A stretch of DNA of 53,228 bases, filler included, from Sluysia triapertura (GCA_046118255.1; 4 parts of 4 records of this genome joined end to end with filler, not necessarily neighbours in it), one strand, 5' to 3'; positions 1-13,466 are shown, counted from the first letter of the whole stretch. Numbers and translations: made by a program. Notes: a model not told the origin generated them from the letters alone.

Positions 1-832
1 ATATTTTTATAAATTTAAAAATTAAAAATTTTTAAAACATACAAATAAAAATTTAAAAAATTATGTACATTCTTACAGTATTAGAACATACTACTCTTGT
101 TGAGACTGTTTTGTTGCATTAAAAAAATTTACTATTTTGTCGTCTAATGATATCAATAAAATAAAATAATAATTGTATTAAAAATTATTTAAAATTAGAC
201 TTCTTATATTTAAAGAATATTTTCTTATGAATACTTTACTATAACTTTGAAATTTCTCGCACCCTCCTTTTGAAGAACACTATTATTACGGCTATTTGTT
301 AACACTAAATACAAATTATACTCATTCTAATTCAATAATTCTCACTCTAACCAATCAGAACGATCTAATCCGTAATAAAAAACGAACCAATTAATTAACA
401 CCAAATCCAAATTTAATTTAATACTCTAATCAATTCCATATTAAAATACGATTTACTTAAGCATGCTCAAGTAAACCAAGTAAACCCTCAGCCTCACCCT
501 CTGGAAAGTGGAGATTTCTATATATCCATCTGGAAAGTAAATCTTTTTTAAATCTGACCACACGATTAAAGAGTAAATTAATTATACTGAGCTTTATTCA
601 AGATGATGTTTCCTCTTCATATACGAAAACAACAATATTTATAATATACAAACAAAATAATGTAAATATTTTAACTATTTTTAAAGATATTTATTATGTA
701 TTTTATGAATTTAGGATGATTAAAAAAGAAACAATAATGTTTATAAGTTCTTTGATAAATAGCCCATTTTGACCAATGAACAATCTGCTTTTAATATTTT
801 TAAAACATAATTAAAGTACAGTTTATCTTTAG

Positions 833-2048
833 AGGAGAAATCCATTACACTGAAGTATACGATCTTTTAATGAGGATGGAGCCTCCTGTTGGTTTCGGAA
901 AGAAATGCCCTTACAGAATAGCTTACAAGGTTATTATTATTATTATTATTATTTACATTATCAAATATCACAAATATAAATACTAATAGATAGGAGTCAC
1001 ATAAATATATAATAGTGAAATGACCAAAATTTCAATGTCCTCCAAAATCCAAATTAATATAACGAAGCTTAAATAAAAGTCTTCAATAAATCGAATATAA
1101 AAACAAAATACTGAATTGTACCTTATTCATACATTTTTGTACTACCCATTTTTGCTTAATATAGTAAATTTTGTTTATATAGTAATTTTCTAATCACATT
1201 TGCCCCATTAATCCATTCTTGAAAATCAACACTCAATCAAGACCCTCGCAATTCTTTTGACTGAAACCATTTGTCGAACCAACATAATCAAATCTGATAA
1301 GTCACGCCATAATCTTCATAATCTTCAAACAATTATTGATTTAATTAATTAATTTTGCATTTTTTTTCTATTTTTAAAAACGCAAACTTCATTTCTGATA
1401 TAATTTTATTTACTTTTAATAACTTCTGTCATAAGAAAATCACTTTCACTACGTTTAATATGTTTCTATATGCATTTCTAGTTTTTTTTATTAATCTGTT
1501 AATTCTTTGTTAAAATTTTAGAATTAATTAAAATAATAATTTAATTTGAAAATGTATTTCAAGGTTGTGCAACATTTTAAATAAGTTATGTAAAAATATT
1601 ATACATAAATGGCAATACCACATTACCATCTTATTATTAATATGACCAATAATTACATTATTAACTATTATTATTAATTTTATTAATAATTTTTATATTG
1701 TTTTTCATTAATTTTTATCATTAGCAGATATCATCTGAATAGGATTTTTAATGAAAATATTTTATATACCCTAACTCTTAAGAACTTTGACACACTATTT
1801 AACTTCATCATTGATCTAATTTATGAAATTAATTTAGAAATTAATACGAATGAATATGCCAGTGAACTCCAGTGGCAATGTGAATTTCACAACTACTTTA
1901 ATGGCCTTGATTCGTGAATCACTTTCTATTAAAAAAGGTCATCCAGATGAATCAGAAATTCTCGACCTTGAATTAAGATGGTGTATATCGAGATTATGGC
2001 CAAAAATGGCCCGTAAAAAAATGAAATTATTGGTACCACACGAACAAG
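833..2048 (+). CDS. cac: Voltage-gated calcium channel alpha-1 subunit, Cav2/cacophony type, partial (exons 833-929 and 1838-2048; EF-hand/pre-IQ region)
   Basis: AG/GT-bounded exons splice in frame to GEIHYTEVYDLLMRMEPPVGFGKKCPYRIAYK|KLIRMNMPVNSSGNVNFTTTLMALIRESLSIKK...LELRWCISRLWPKMARKKMKLLVP. This matches the Cav2 C-terminal EF-hand/pre-IQ pattern (IHYxEMYxML..PPLGFGxKCP..AYK.LIRMNMP...V.FTTTL.ALIR). Confidence 0.93.
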
Positions 2049-2231
2049 GTAAAGATTACAATTAACCTTTTTAATGTGTTCTGAGTAACTTTAAATTTAG
2101 TATGCTAATTCATAAAATAATTATTAAAATCATTCCTAATTGTAATTCAAGCTTCATTATAATATAAAATTATACTTGGTTTTGTTTATAAGATAGATAT
2201 TCCGTATTGCATTTCCTTTGTCTTTGATATA

Positions 2232-3481
2232 TTGGGTTGGTGCATAAGTTCGTGTGGTTTTTTACAATTATGAAAAATGTATACTGATCAAGAATAAAAA
2301 CCATGCAAAGAATTCCAGATATCAAAATCAATTTATTAAATCACTAGAAAGAACAAATATCTCAGTCTTAATCGGTCAGATATTCGCTGTCACAATCGAT
2401 CATTTACTTTCACCATTCTGGCAGTTTGTCAATCTCACGTTTGAAGAAACTTGGTGATTTTTGGTCGAAAAATTATTCAATCCACGTGGTTATTGCTTCT
2501 TCGTTTTCAAATGTGAGACCAGAAAGATGGTTCTACATGGAGCGGAAAGATGAAAGTTTGTTGGGGATGGAGAAGAACTTCCTAGCCAAGCTCTTCAATA
2601 GCCAACTTTGTCATTGTGGCGACATGAGATGGAGCATTGTTATACTTTAAAATTATCTGCTTCTTTTTGATTGCAGTGTTTATTCGCTTGAGTTGTTCAC
2701 AATAAAGTTCGGCATTGATTTGGTTTATTGGTAAAATTTCGTAATGAATAACACCAACTTGGCCCCACCAAACTCACAACAAGGTTTTGCGTTGGTGAAC
2801 TTCGGGTTTCGCATGTGGTTGCGGTTTCTTTTGAACACTTACCCAAGCTTATTTGTGTTTCAAATTTACATACAGAAACCATTTCTTATCACCCGTTACG
2901 ATCCTGGAAAGGAAATATTGATGTTGCTGCATAGCAGATTGATGGCGAACCAGTAAAGCTGCAGAAATCGAAAAACCTTGATTTTGACTTTCTTTGAGAA
3001 GGTGAGGTACCAATGATCCAAGCTTTTGAATTTTTCCCATTTTCTTGAGTAGTCGAGAAATAGTGGTGTCTTGTCCAAGCACTCGTGTTGATTTACGCGG
3101 ATCATCATGAATTAATTGGTACAAACAATCTTCATCAAAGTCACTGTGTCAGCCCGACCTAGTTTAAATCAAAATTTCCACTGTTAAATTTCGAAAACCA
3201 CTTTTGTGGTGTTCGTTCCCTGACTGCCTTTTCTCCTTAAACGCAACAAATTATTATGGTGGCTTCTGCAGCGTTTCAATGTTGATTAAAAGAGAGACAA
3301 AGAGTAGATGCCGGAAATGTTCATTTTTATCTATCTGAAACTCCATTTTAATGAGGGTAATTAGAGTGAAAATTAGTCTAAAATGATTTAAATAGATAAT
3401 TCAGCTGAATGAATATAACTCAAATCAGTTAAAACAAGAAGTTAGTGTGTTTTCTTTGCACGAATTTATGCACTAACCCAA
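2232..3481 (-). mobile_element. Full-length (1250 bp) mariner DNA transposon with decayed transposase
   Basis: TIR TTGGGTTGGTGCATAAGTTCGTG at 2232 and inverted copy CACGAATTTATGCACTAACCCAA ending 3481, flanked by TA on both sides. Minus-strand fragments NEHFRHLL..., KAVRERTPQKWFSKF, GSLVPHLL (WVPHEL-like) and SRIVTGDKKWFLYVN (RIVTGDEKW-like); stops and frameshifts present. Confidence 0.93.
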
Positions 3482-4127
3482 TATTTACTTAATGAATTTC
3501 AAGAAAAAGAAGTCTTAGAAATTAGTTTTATATTTATCTGAAATTTGTAATAAAATTAAACTAAGATAGAAATAATTTATTGTCTACAACAATTGATATA
3601 TAGGCATCTAAATAGCAGTTATTGAAAACATACATTAACTATTCAAAAAAACAAAGCAAATACTCACTCTGATGAATTATCAATTATCCCATTAAATATA
3701 AATTAACTCATGAAATAACAATTATCGCGAATAAAATGAAATATTCCAAATAAATATTATAACTAAGAAATGTTAAATTAAAAAATATAATAAAATAAAA
3801 CTAACTAAAATTGTAATATTCCAAAGCGAAGTAATACCTTTAAGGGATCAATGTGTTTATTTAGTCATATTTTTATTTAAGGTATAAAAAATTAAATTTT
3901 TTATTAAACTTTAATGCCAGATTAAGGTTTATTGACTTTTTAAATAAATAAATGAAAATCAATTTGATAAAAAAATGTTAATCTAACTAAATTCAGGAAC
4001 AAATTTTATACAATTCATTTCGGGAAGTCTATAGTTTCTTTTTGAATAAAATCATTCAATTTACGTGTATCGAATCATTACTGCATTTATTTTTATTATT
4101 TATTGAATTTCGATTAATATAATTTTT

Positions 4128-4550
4128 TTAACTCATGGAATATATTTTCATTAAATGCAGTGATGCCATAGGTTTCTTAGGTACCTTTGATGGAATTTTA
4201 ACTGAAGAATTTGGTTTACCATTTAAAATTAGATCAGAATTAAAATGTCTTAATTTAGATTCATTAGAGACAAATGTACTTGGAATTGCATCTGGCAGAA
4301 CAATGGTTTTATCTAAAAATTCTAGCTAGAATAAAACATAATTTATCACAAGAATAAATAACAGAACTTTCATCACAAATTCTTTCTTCGTATGTTACTG
4401 TTACTGTTTTTTCTTCATCTTCAGATTTGATGTTGTAGAATTAAAAAATAACTTAGTAGTATCTGGACTTACACGAGTTCCATCTGCTAATAATAATTAC
4501 TGAGACAATATTTTCAAATTTGTTATTAAATCTTTATTAATGAATGTCAT
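4128..4550 (-). mobile_element. Decayed LTR-retrotransposon aspartic-protease/pol remnant
   Basis: A single minus frame with several stops reads MTFINKDL...LLLADGTRV...EFVMKVL...NYVLF*LEFLDK, resembling the retropepsin second half (xLADG... ILGxDFL). Confidence 0.45.
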
Positions 4551-7500
4551 TTAAAATATTGCCATCAATATTAAGTTAAATATGTAGCTATAAGCTAATA
4601 TAATTCATGAAGTGTAGATGTGTCGAGTATTTTGATTTGATATAGCAAAAATGAAAAAGTAGTTTATCAAGTTTTACAATGAGAATCTATTCTTTTGTAG
4701 CTTTACTGTCAAAGATGTTAATTTTGAAGTTTTATTTATTGTTATAAACTTATTGATGGAGCTTTTTGTAAAAATGTTTTGTAATTTCTTAAGTTGAGCG
4801 ACCTGTGCAAACGTTTAAAAAACCTTCATTTAGATAATTTGTTCTATACGATTTCCACAATTTAGACAAGAAATTTGCAGCAAATGTATCGTCGGCTTAA
4901 TAGAAATCATTCATAATAAAAAGTTCCATCACATCACAGGAAACAATATTTCTTGATAAATTTGTGTTTGATTTTAATACTGGTTACAAAAATACTCACA
5001 ACTAAGCAGCATCATAGAAAGAGATAGATTCTCTCAGTGCGCATATTTACTGGTAGAACACATTGAGAAATTGAACATTTTTGCTTGCTGCCTAGGTGTT
5101 GGAAACATGTAGAGCAGTTGGAGAAACGTGGAAACAATAGACTATTTCTCCAATCACGTCCATTCAGATATTATTAAAAATAATTGAACTGAAAGTGAAA
5201 ATATCGCCATATTTTTGAATTTCTAGTAAGTAGTCAGTAGTCGTTGATGAAGCAGATACAATATAAAAAAACTTGATAAAACATTACGTGGCAAGAATAT
5301 ATGTACCACTAAGGGGCCCAGACTGTACCTTGATGCTAATTTATCAACTCTATTTTACTTTAGTATTTTTTAAAACCCAGTATCAAAATGAAAATGCTAA
5401 TAGCTGTAAAAGTATGTCGTCAACAACAGCAACAGAGTATTGGCGACAAAAATGATAATAATATTTAGATTAAAATAATAATAATAATAAAATTCACATT
5501 ATTATGAAATTTGAAATGTAAGTGTGTGTTATTGGTATTTTGATTTCTGTATGAAATTTATTAAGTTTTTAATAATTGTGTTAGATTGAGTTGAACTTTG
5601 GTTATTAATATGTTTATGATTGTTGTGTATTGAGGTTGAGTTTTCCAAAAAAATTTGATTCAAAAATCTTTCTTTTCCTTGTTTATTCAACTTTTTTATG
5701 ATTTATTCAACTTTTTCTTGTTCCTTTTTATATGTTTTTAAACACATTTACATCTTGTTGACTTCCTTATGTTTCTCTTCTTTTTCTTAAGGAGTTTAGA
5801 AATATTTGTATAAGTTCTTTTCTTCATTAAAATCATCATCATCTGATTTTTCTTCTGTTATCTTCTTTGGTTTCTTTTATGTGTGCTTTAGTTTTCATTG
5901 TCGTACTTATTACGATTATAATTTATTTGTCCTTTAATGTTTCTATTACTTTTTTATCGAAACTTTATTTTCATATGGGATTTTGTTTTCTTGTTTCGTA
6001 TATTAATAAGTTTTTGATTGAAAGTTTCAGATTATAACTATAATTATAATTATAATGCTCTTGCCTACTGTAATTATGACATACTACTTAAATTATTATT
6101 ATTATTACTACCATTATAATTATCATGATTGCTCAGTTTTCTTGAACTCTTGTTTCTTCCTGCAAAATTAATGTTATATTTGTATCCTTGACTTTTATCT
6201 CTTTTGAAACTATTATTACTTATTTAACTTATACTATCTTTTTTTCGGCTTGAGATCTCTAAGTGTCCCTTAGTTTTTAACTATCTCCTTAAATGATGGA
6301 GTATCAACTGAATTAACATATATTATGAGTATAAACTTTAAAATAAAATTATGATTTACGACACACAATCTTAAAACAAAATATTATTACATTATTGCTT
6401 TTATTATTTAATTATTATATTTTTATTCCATTTTAGTATTCACATATTTAATTTTACAGTTTTGGCCTTGACATTATTATTAATTTTTATAATTTTATAT
6501 GATTTTATTATTTTTCATTATTATTATTTATAATATTACTTTTATTTATTTCATTAATTTCCAAGTATATTTTTCTCATTAATTTTACTTTTTATTTGTT
6601 GGATCGCAGAATCACAGATTGATCTTTTGAATTTTATAAAATTTAACATTGATGGCATTAATTTATTTTTTATATTTTAAATATTGTGCATTATATTTTA
6701 AATATTTTGTATTTTACATTAACATTATTATTTGATTTTATATTATTTATATTATTTAAAAATATTCGAATTGTGTTTAAATATTATTTCTATTATAAAA
6801 TAAATTAGATAAAATTTAATATTAAATTGTAATAAAACATTTAATAATAATTTTTGTAAATAATAATATTGAACGCCAGTATGGCGAATCACAGTGTAAA
6901 TAGTGAAATTTTGGAATTACTTCGTCATTAATTTACATAAGAGTATTTATTCACAAAATTTGGTTTTGCTCCGACGACAATTTAAACTCTTCGATTTCCA
7001 TGAATAAGTAATATTTTATTTAATAAGTTTAAATTACCATAATTTTAATATAATAGGGTCTTCTAAAATCAACATAAAATCATTTCATTGATCCTAGACC
7101 GTAACTGACTAGGTTAACCTTCAACTAAATTCTGAGTTTTACTACACCTCAGCATTAAGCTTAAGGAGTTAAAATTATAATTATTAAATATTCCGTTTTT
7201 ATTTTATTTGTACGTTTTTTCGTCTTTGAATAATAAATAGTGAAATAGTGCTAACATAGTTTTAGTATTAATTTATTTAATTAAAATATTTGTTAATTTG
7301 GTCAGACCGTAAAAATGCTGACTTAAATAATAAATAGAAAAGTAGTTAGATGTAAAAGTAGAAACAAAGTAGAAACAAATAGAATAAAAGTTTTGTCACA
7401 TCTTATGGTATTTATAGCGATACAAACACTCGGAAGCATTCATCTTAGTAGTATATAAGTAAATTCTCTTTTTTGCAAATCTAATTAGAACATAAAGAGT

Positions 7501-8892
7501 ATCTATTCAGTCGAACTGACCCTCAAGATCTTTTTTAAATATAAATTTAAGTTTAAGTAACAATACTTGCATATTAATTTAATTAATTAAATTTCTAAAT
7601 TAATTTTATAATTGAATTAATTTTTATTTTTAATTCGAGTTTGCATGAGACAATAAGGTTTCTTAGATAATACTGGTTTAAAATAAAAAAATGTCTAGTT
7701 GACCATAACTAAATTTAATTTGTTAAAGTACACAAAACATGTATAATTTAAACATAAACTATAGCAGATATTAATGAAACGCAAATTTAACTTTAGAGAT
7801 TGTCCTATGTATGAAAGACATGCATAAAAAATCTTAACTCATTTTTTCGAATTCAAACTAAATGACCTCAAAAAACATCAGTAATGCAAACATATCTTGG
7901 ACTGTCAAGATAATATTTACTGTACCTCTTACATCGCAAAAAATTATTATCTTTACATTAAATATTTCCATCTACTATCATCCGGTTCTGAATTCACACG
8001 AGATTATTAAGCTCTATGCAGTTTTAACTATCCACAAAATGCAAAATCCTTATTTCTAAATTAAAATTTTGTTTTTGAAAAATCAAAACAAATAAGAAGT
8101 TAGAAAAATACTAAAATATTAATATCTTATTTGTAATAAGTTTATCGTATTTAATTAAAACAGCTTTTATAAAAAAATTTAATATACTAAATCATAAAAA
8201 ATCCTACTCACAACTGGATTTGATATTTATAATTATACCACAAATTGTACATCGACAAGTTTCCATATAGAAATTTTAATCAACAACAATGCGTGTTACA
8301 TATTATAGTTATTCTGCTATTATCCTTTTTACAACTGATAAATTAAGTGTACATATATGGTCTTGCTTTTGCTTTTTATCTAAAATCACACTTAATTTTC
8401 AATTTATAAAAATTATAATAGTAAAACCGAAATTGTCATTTGAAGAATAATACTCGGAAAAATAATCATTTGTAAATTCATGTCGACGCAAATCATTAGA
8501 AAAAAACAAATTAACATATATTTAAATCTTTATCAATCAACATATTGACCAGTCGAATAATACGCCGAATTTGACAACACTTGAAAAAATAGTCAGCAGC
8601 GAATGTTAATGAATTTCTTTCAGTTTTGTTTAAGTATATTATTTATTAATTAGTCAAGTTATTACATAAATTTCTAAACTAATACGTTGAAAAATTAGGG
8701 AAATATGACTATATTCTATTTAATAAAAAAGTAAAACGAACTTTAAAAACACCAGCATAATAACGTTAGCAAATGAAAATTCGTAATATTAAATCAATTA
8801 AAATAAGAAACACAATAAAACTGAGTATACAAATGATATATCTAAACTTTATAAACATCTGTAACATAAATTAAATTTGTATACTGATTAAT

Positions 8893-9122
8893 TTATCTAT
8901 AAGGATAAGGAGTCTGATTTTGTATTAAATATTCTCTACCATTTGTTGAGAATGAAGAAGAAGATGATGATGATTGGATCATAAAATGTGGCAATATTTC
9001 GGATCTAGACTGTTGTTGGTATTGATGAGTCAAATGAGGTAAATCTGAGTGTTGTTTATTTACACTTACTTTTTCAATCATCACACAACCAAGAATGACT
9101 GTAATATCACCTGGATTTCCTC
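8893..9122 (-). CDS. Probable terminal exon of a PTC7/PPTC7-like PP2C phosphatase with a low-complexity C-terminal extension
   Basis: Acceptor TTTAG then (G)GNPGDITVILGCV..., similar to the PPTC7 C-terminal GGKPDDITVLL motif; stop at 8893-8895. Upstream exons not found. Confidence 0.5.
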
Positions 9123-9151
9123 CTAAATACAATACAATACACTACAATAGA

Positions 9152-9202
<51 letters not shown>
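9152..9202. repeat. (AAT)n microsatellite
   Basis: Perfect AAT run visible in the sequence. Confidence 0.95.
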
Positions 9203-9204
<2 letters not shown>

Positions 9205-9369
9205 AGTATGACCCCTTTGGGGAAAAGATCACCTTAGTGCTATTTTTTCACAACGGAACCTTTTTAAATTAAAAGTATTCAATAAAAACCATTTTGTTTG
9301 AGATAAATTACACAAATAAATTTCAATTTGATAAAAGTTTAATAGGCTCAATTTTTCAATTTAATTTAC

Positions 9370-9700
9370 AAATTTTTAATAGGGTTAGAAATATGGCAAA
9401 AAATTAACATAATCAAAAATCAGGATGTGTAGGGTCATTGAGGCTTATGTATGTATAAGATGCATATATTAGTGAGAAGTATCTGACTTCTAAAGGATGT
9501 TTACACTATCTGAAATTGAAAAAGAAGGAAATCTTAGCTCAGTCTTGTTCCATATCAAGTGGATATAGATGTTCACCAAACTTGTTATCTCAGATCCAAG
9601 ATATGCATTCCAATAAGCAAGATAATTATTGATATCTTACAAATTTGTATAAAATGTGTAAACATATTGAGGATGGATGATGGAAATTTACTGTTTTGTA
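9370..9700 (+). mobile_element. Possible decayed Gypsy integrase fragment
   Basis: One frame reads IKWI*MFTKLVISDPRYAF, resembling integrase core WIxxFGxPxxIxSDxGxxF; heavily degenerate. Confidence 0.3.
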
Positions 9701-10489
9701 ATTTCACACAATATAATCTTATAATAAACTAGAAATACAAATAAATAAAACAAGAAGATATGAAAAAACATTCGACAATTCCACTGCATACGATAATAGA
9801 AATGTAGCTGACATTTTTATACAAGTAATCTTAAATGAGTCAAACAAAAACATATTTATTATAACTGGATTATTAATAATTTCTATTTAAAAAATAATCA
9901 ACAATTTAAAATATGAATTCTATGAATTCTATTGGCGTCTTTAAATGTATTAATAATATGAGTGAATTATATCAAGCTCGAAAAATTTTCAAACTTTCCT
10001 TATATTAAGTAACGCTTTTAAGAGAACATTTGGAGTACATCGCTTCAAATCAGAAAATATTAATTTAACAATTACATTACTAATAATAATAATAATAAAT
10101 ATTAGTAATAATAATAATACAAATAATTTTATATTTCTTTGATCTTCAAAGTCCATGTTTTCACCAAATTGTCTTATAACTACCTAAATTTTCGTCCTAA
10201 GAGTTTAATTTGACATCATATTATTGATATAAATAACGATATTTTGAATAAAGACATGGTTTATTTAGTTTGGTTACCTCTCATTACACAATCTTTGCAT
10301 GTTTAATATGAACATTTAAGTCAAAAATTATTAAAAACCATATAGTTTTATAATACGAACACTGTTTATTTTGAACAATGAACAAATAATTAGTGAAAAA
10401 TAAATTAATAACTTCTCGATGTTTCAATATTCAATTTTAACTGTCTTTTATGAACAATAAAAATACCAAACCAAAACGAAAGACAAAGG

Positions 10490-12430
10490 ATTTAAGCATC
10501 GAAGAGAAAAAGAAATTGTTAAAATTAACTGTTGAAGATAACGGTTATTCTTTCATCAAAATACAATCTTTCTTTCAGTTTGTAAAGTAGTAAACACACA
10601 AATTCAAATTGAGTTTTTAGTAGACACTGAAACAAATTGAAAGATTGTTGATTAATTTTTAATGTAAATACACAAATTATAAATTAATTATTTATGGAAA
10701 TTATTTTGATTATTTATCTTGGATTAAATTAATTAAGTAAATTATTATAGTCACTTTAATTCTTAGAAAAACAAATATTTATATTTGTTTAAATTTAAAC
10801 TATCAAGGTCACATTCGTAATATATAAAGGAAAGGTTTTAGTAGACTTGACACAACTAAAATTAACAACAAAATTTTTAAAAAATCTCTGATAACTCTTG
10901 ACAATCTTAAAGTGTAGGATAAGCAATTTTTCAACAAACATATTCCATTTTTTACTTAAGTGAATTTACAAGGAATTCAGATCTTTTACACACATTATCT
11001 TATTTACTCCATCGTCAGTTTAACTTATATAAGTCTAACTTATAAGTTTAACTTATATAAGTTTCTTATAAAGCGAAACCTAAGTAAAATCCAATTATAT
11101 TTAAAATCTCTTATCGGATCTCTATATGAAAGATCCATAATAAAATATTAACACAAACTTTCGTTGCATAGTTTCATTGAACATAAACATTAAACCTCCT
11201 GAAGTTTTATCTTTTTTTTAAATCCAACGGCTATCCCTAACTGGTAAGACTAGATACGTTGGTGAACTCACCTTTATTATCGTGAAGCAAAAAAAACTTT
11301 TCTCACATGTTGCATAAATAATCTTATGAAATCTAGAGACTCCATTTTGATGTCAAACTTGAATACTACACAGAAAAGTTGATGCCATCTTGTATGAATG
11401 GTTCCAGATTCAGAGAAGAAATATCAGTATCAGTTGTGTTACATTGCAACAGAAGTCATTAGAATTGGCACAGGACTTAGGAAATCATGATTTTAAAGCA
11501 TCAAATGATTGGCTTAATTATTTTCTTTCCAGATATAAGATATCGTCTAAAAGAATTATTGAGGAATCAAAAACTGTAGATGAAAGGTATATTCTCAATT
11601 TTAAGGAAGTGTATGTCAAAGTTAAAAGAATATAAAGATAGAAATGTGACGAAACAGGTCTATTCTGGAAATGTTCATTAAAGAGGATAAGGCAAATGAT
11701 AAGTTTTCTGAAGATCAAATTTGTTAGAAAAGTTAAAGCATTTAGTGATACTCAGAACGGAGAAACCTCGTTGTTTTAAAGAATTATACCTGTTTATTAC
11801 CGTTGGAATACAAAGTTTTGGATGATGTTAACAATTTTCAAGATCGGTTAAAAGATTTGAACAGTACAATGAAAACAGAGCGGACAATTTTATTATTGTT
11901 AGACAACGCACTCAAAAGAATTCGAATTGAGCAATATCAAATTATTCTTTTTCCCACCAAATACGTCTTCTCTTATTCAACCTCTTAACCAAGGTATTAT
12001 AACAAGTTTTAAACACTATTATAAGAAGTTTTTGAATTTTACTTCAGATAATGTTTCACAAGAGATATGGTGCGAAAAAGTTGAGTTGTATCGAAAGCAT
12101 GTAATAGTGTAAAACTAGCGACTATTTCTAATTGTTTTACCAAGTCTTTTGAAAATTCGTATGTTAAAGAAGTAAATGCTGGATATGATGATTTTCCGTG
12201 TTTTGAGATTAATCCAAAATTTGATCTAGTATGAAAAAGGGGAAACAAACGATAATTCTATTGAGAGGTAGTAGATGCAATAATGACAGGATACGAAGTC
12301 TATGAGTATGCAAAAAAAACTTGAAAAATACTTTCAAGCTAATATTCCTGATAAGATGAACAAAATATGGGATCTGACTGATGAAATTCAAGGAGAAAAA
12401 GCATCTAGGCAATTAACAATCAGATTTTAT
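10490..12430 (+). mobile_element. Decayed Tigger/pogo transposon, interrupted by an LTR-like insertion at about 10663-11307
   Basis: DLSIEEKKKLL (psq-HTH-like, about 10490). CENP-B HTH: LYEWFQIQR...LQQKSLELAQDLG...FKASNDWLNYF. DDE_1 motifs: KCDETGLFWK, ILLLLDNA and FFPPNTSSLIQPLNQGIITSFK. Frameshifted. Confidence 0.88.
10663..11307 (+). mobile_element. Solo-LTR-like element, family B copy 1
   Basis: Probably starts TGTAAAT and ends ACTTTTTCTCACA. Shares both termini and the motif TCCAACGGCT...TACGTTGGTGAACTCAC with 30132-30580. No clear TSD. Confidence 0.5.
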
Positions 12431-13295
12431 TAGATGTCAAAGAAATAAAAATTGTAATAAATATGTATAATAAATACAATTTTTCTGGAAATCTAAACCA
12501 ACTACTTAAACATATAAGCACTAATCGATATTTTAGTGAGATATCTTCATAAATTTGTTATAAGATAGAGTAGAAATATGTTCTAATTATTTGATAAAGT
12601 GTTCCGACTCAACGAAATAAATTTTCTTATTGTGAGAGTTTATAAAATTAAATTTATAAAATTAAAATATCACCTGAAATTAATTTTAAATATAATAAAT
12701 TAATAATAAAGATGTCCTATTATGAAAATTAACTGGAAGAAAATAAAAGAAAATAATAAAAAATAAAATCAACAAACTATACAATATTACATAAGATGTG
12801 TGATATATAAATATAACTGAGTATCGTTTCTTATTAATTACAAAAAGCATCATCAAAATTAGAATTTGTTTTGACTTTAATATATTAAACTAAAATTATT
12901 GCACATAATAGATATAGACGATAATATTTTTCAATTTCAATCATAAACCGTAAGTAAAATTCTATCTTCCATGAATTTATTCTTACTACACAAATGAATT
13001 TTAGACAAAAACTATTATTTTATCATTTCAGCAAATACAATAAAACGTAATTAATTATGAATAATTTAGTCATAATATGTCAAGATAATAATACTAAAAA
13101 ACAACTATCAATTATGATTTATAATATTAGATAGGGTTATATTAAAAATTTTAACAATCTGAAATAAAAATATATAAAATATTGGAAAATTATTTTTTGA
13201 TCCCCGGGGATATGGTTAATTGCTTATTGTACGATGCACATAATTTGCAATACATTTGCTATATCACATAAATATAATGAAAAAGAATTAATACA

Positions 13296-13299
<4 letters not shown>

Positions 13300-13366
<67 letters not shown>
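13300..13366. repeat. (AAT)n microsatellite at contig end
   Basis: Perfect AAT run ending at the N spacer. Confidence 0.95.
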
Positions 13367-13466
13367 NNNNNNNNNNNNNNNNNNNNNNNNNNNNNNNNNN
13401 NNNNNNNNNNTTAATTAATTAANNNNNNNNNNNNNNNNNNNNNNNNNNNNNNNNNNNNNNNNNNNN
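13367..13466. other. Artificial contig spacer (44 N + TTAATTAATTAA + 44 N)
   Basis: Identical 100-bp construct occurs three times; the palindromic 12-mer gives stops in all six frames. Confidence 0.97.

Noticed and set aside
2254-2956. Plus-strand ORFs 2254-2457, 2426-2650 and 2744-2956
   Set aside because: They are antisense shadows inside the mariner element.
4128-4325. Apparent minus-strand terminal exon of a host gene
   Set aside because: It is in frame with upstream stop-riddled retropepsin-like sequence and is better explained as a pol remnant.
13367-13466. Thrice-repeated palindrome TTAATTAATTAA between N runs
   Set aside because: Exact 44+12+44 symmetry and six-frame stops mark it as an assembly or concatenation linker, not biology.
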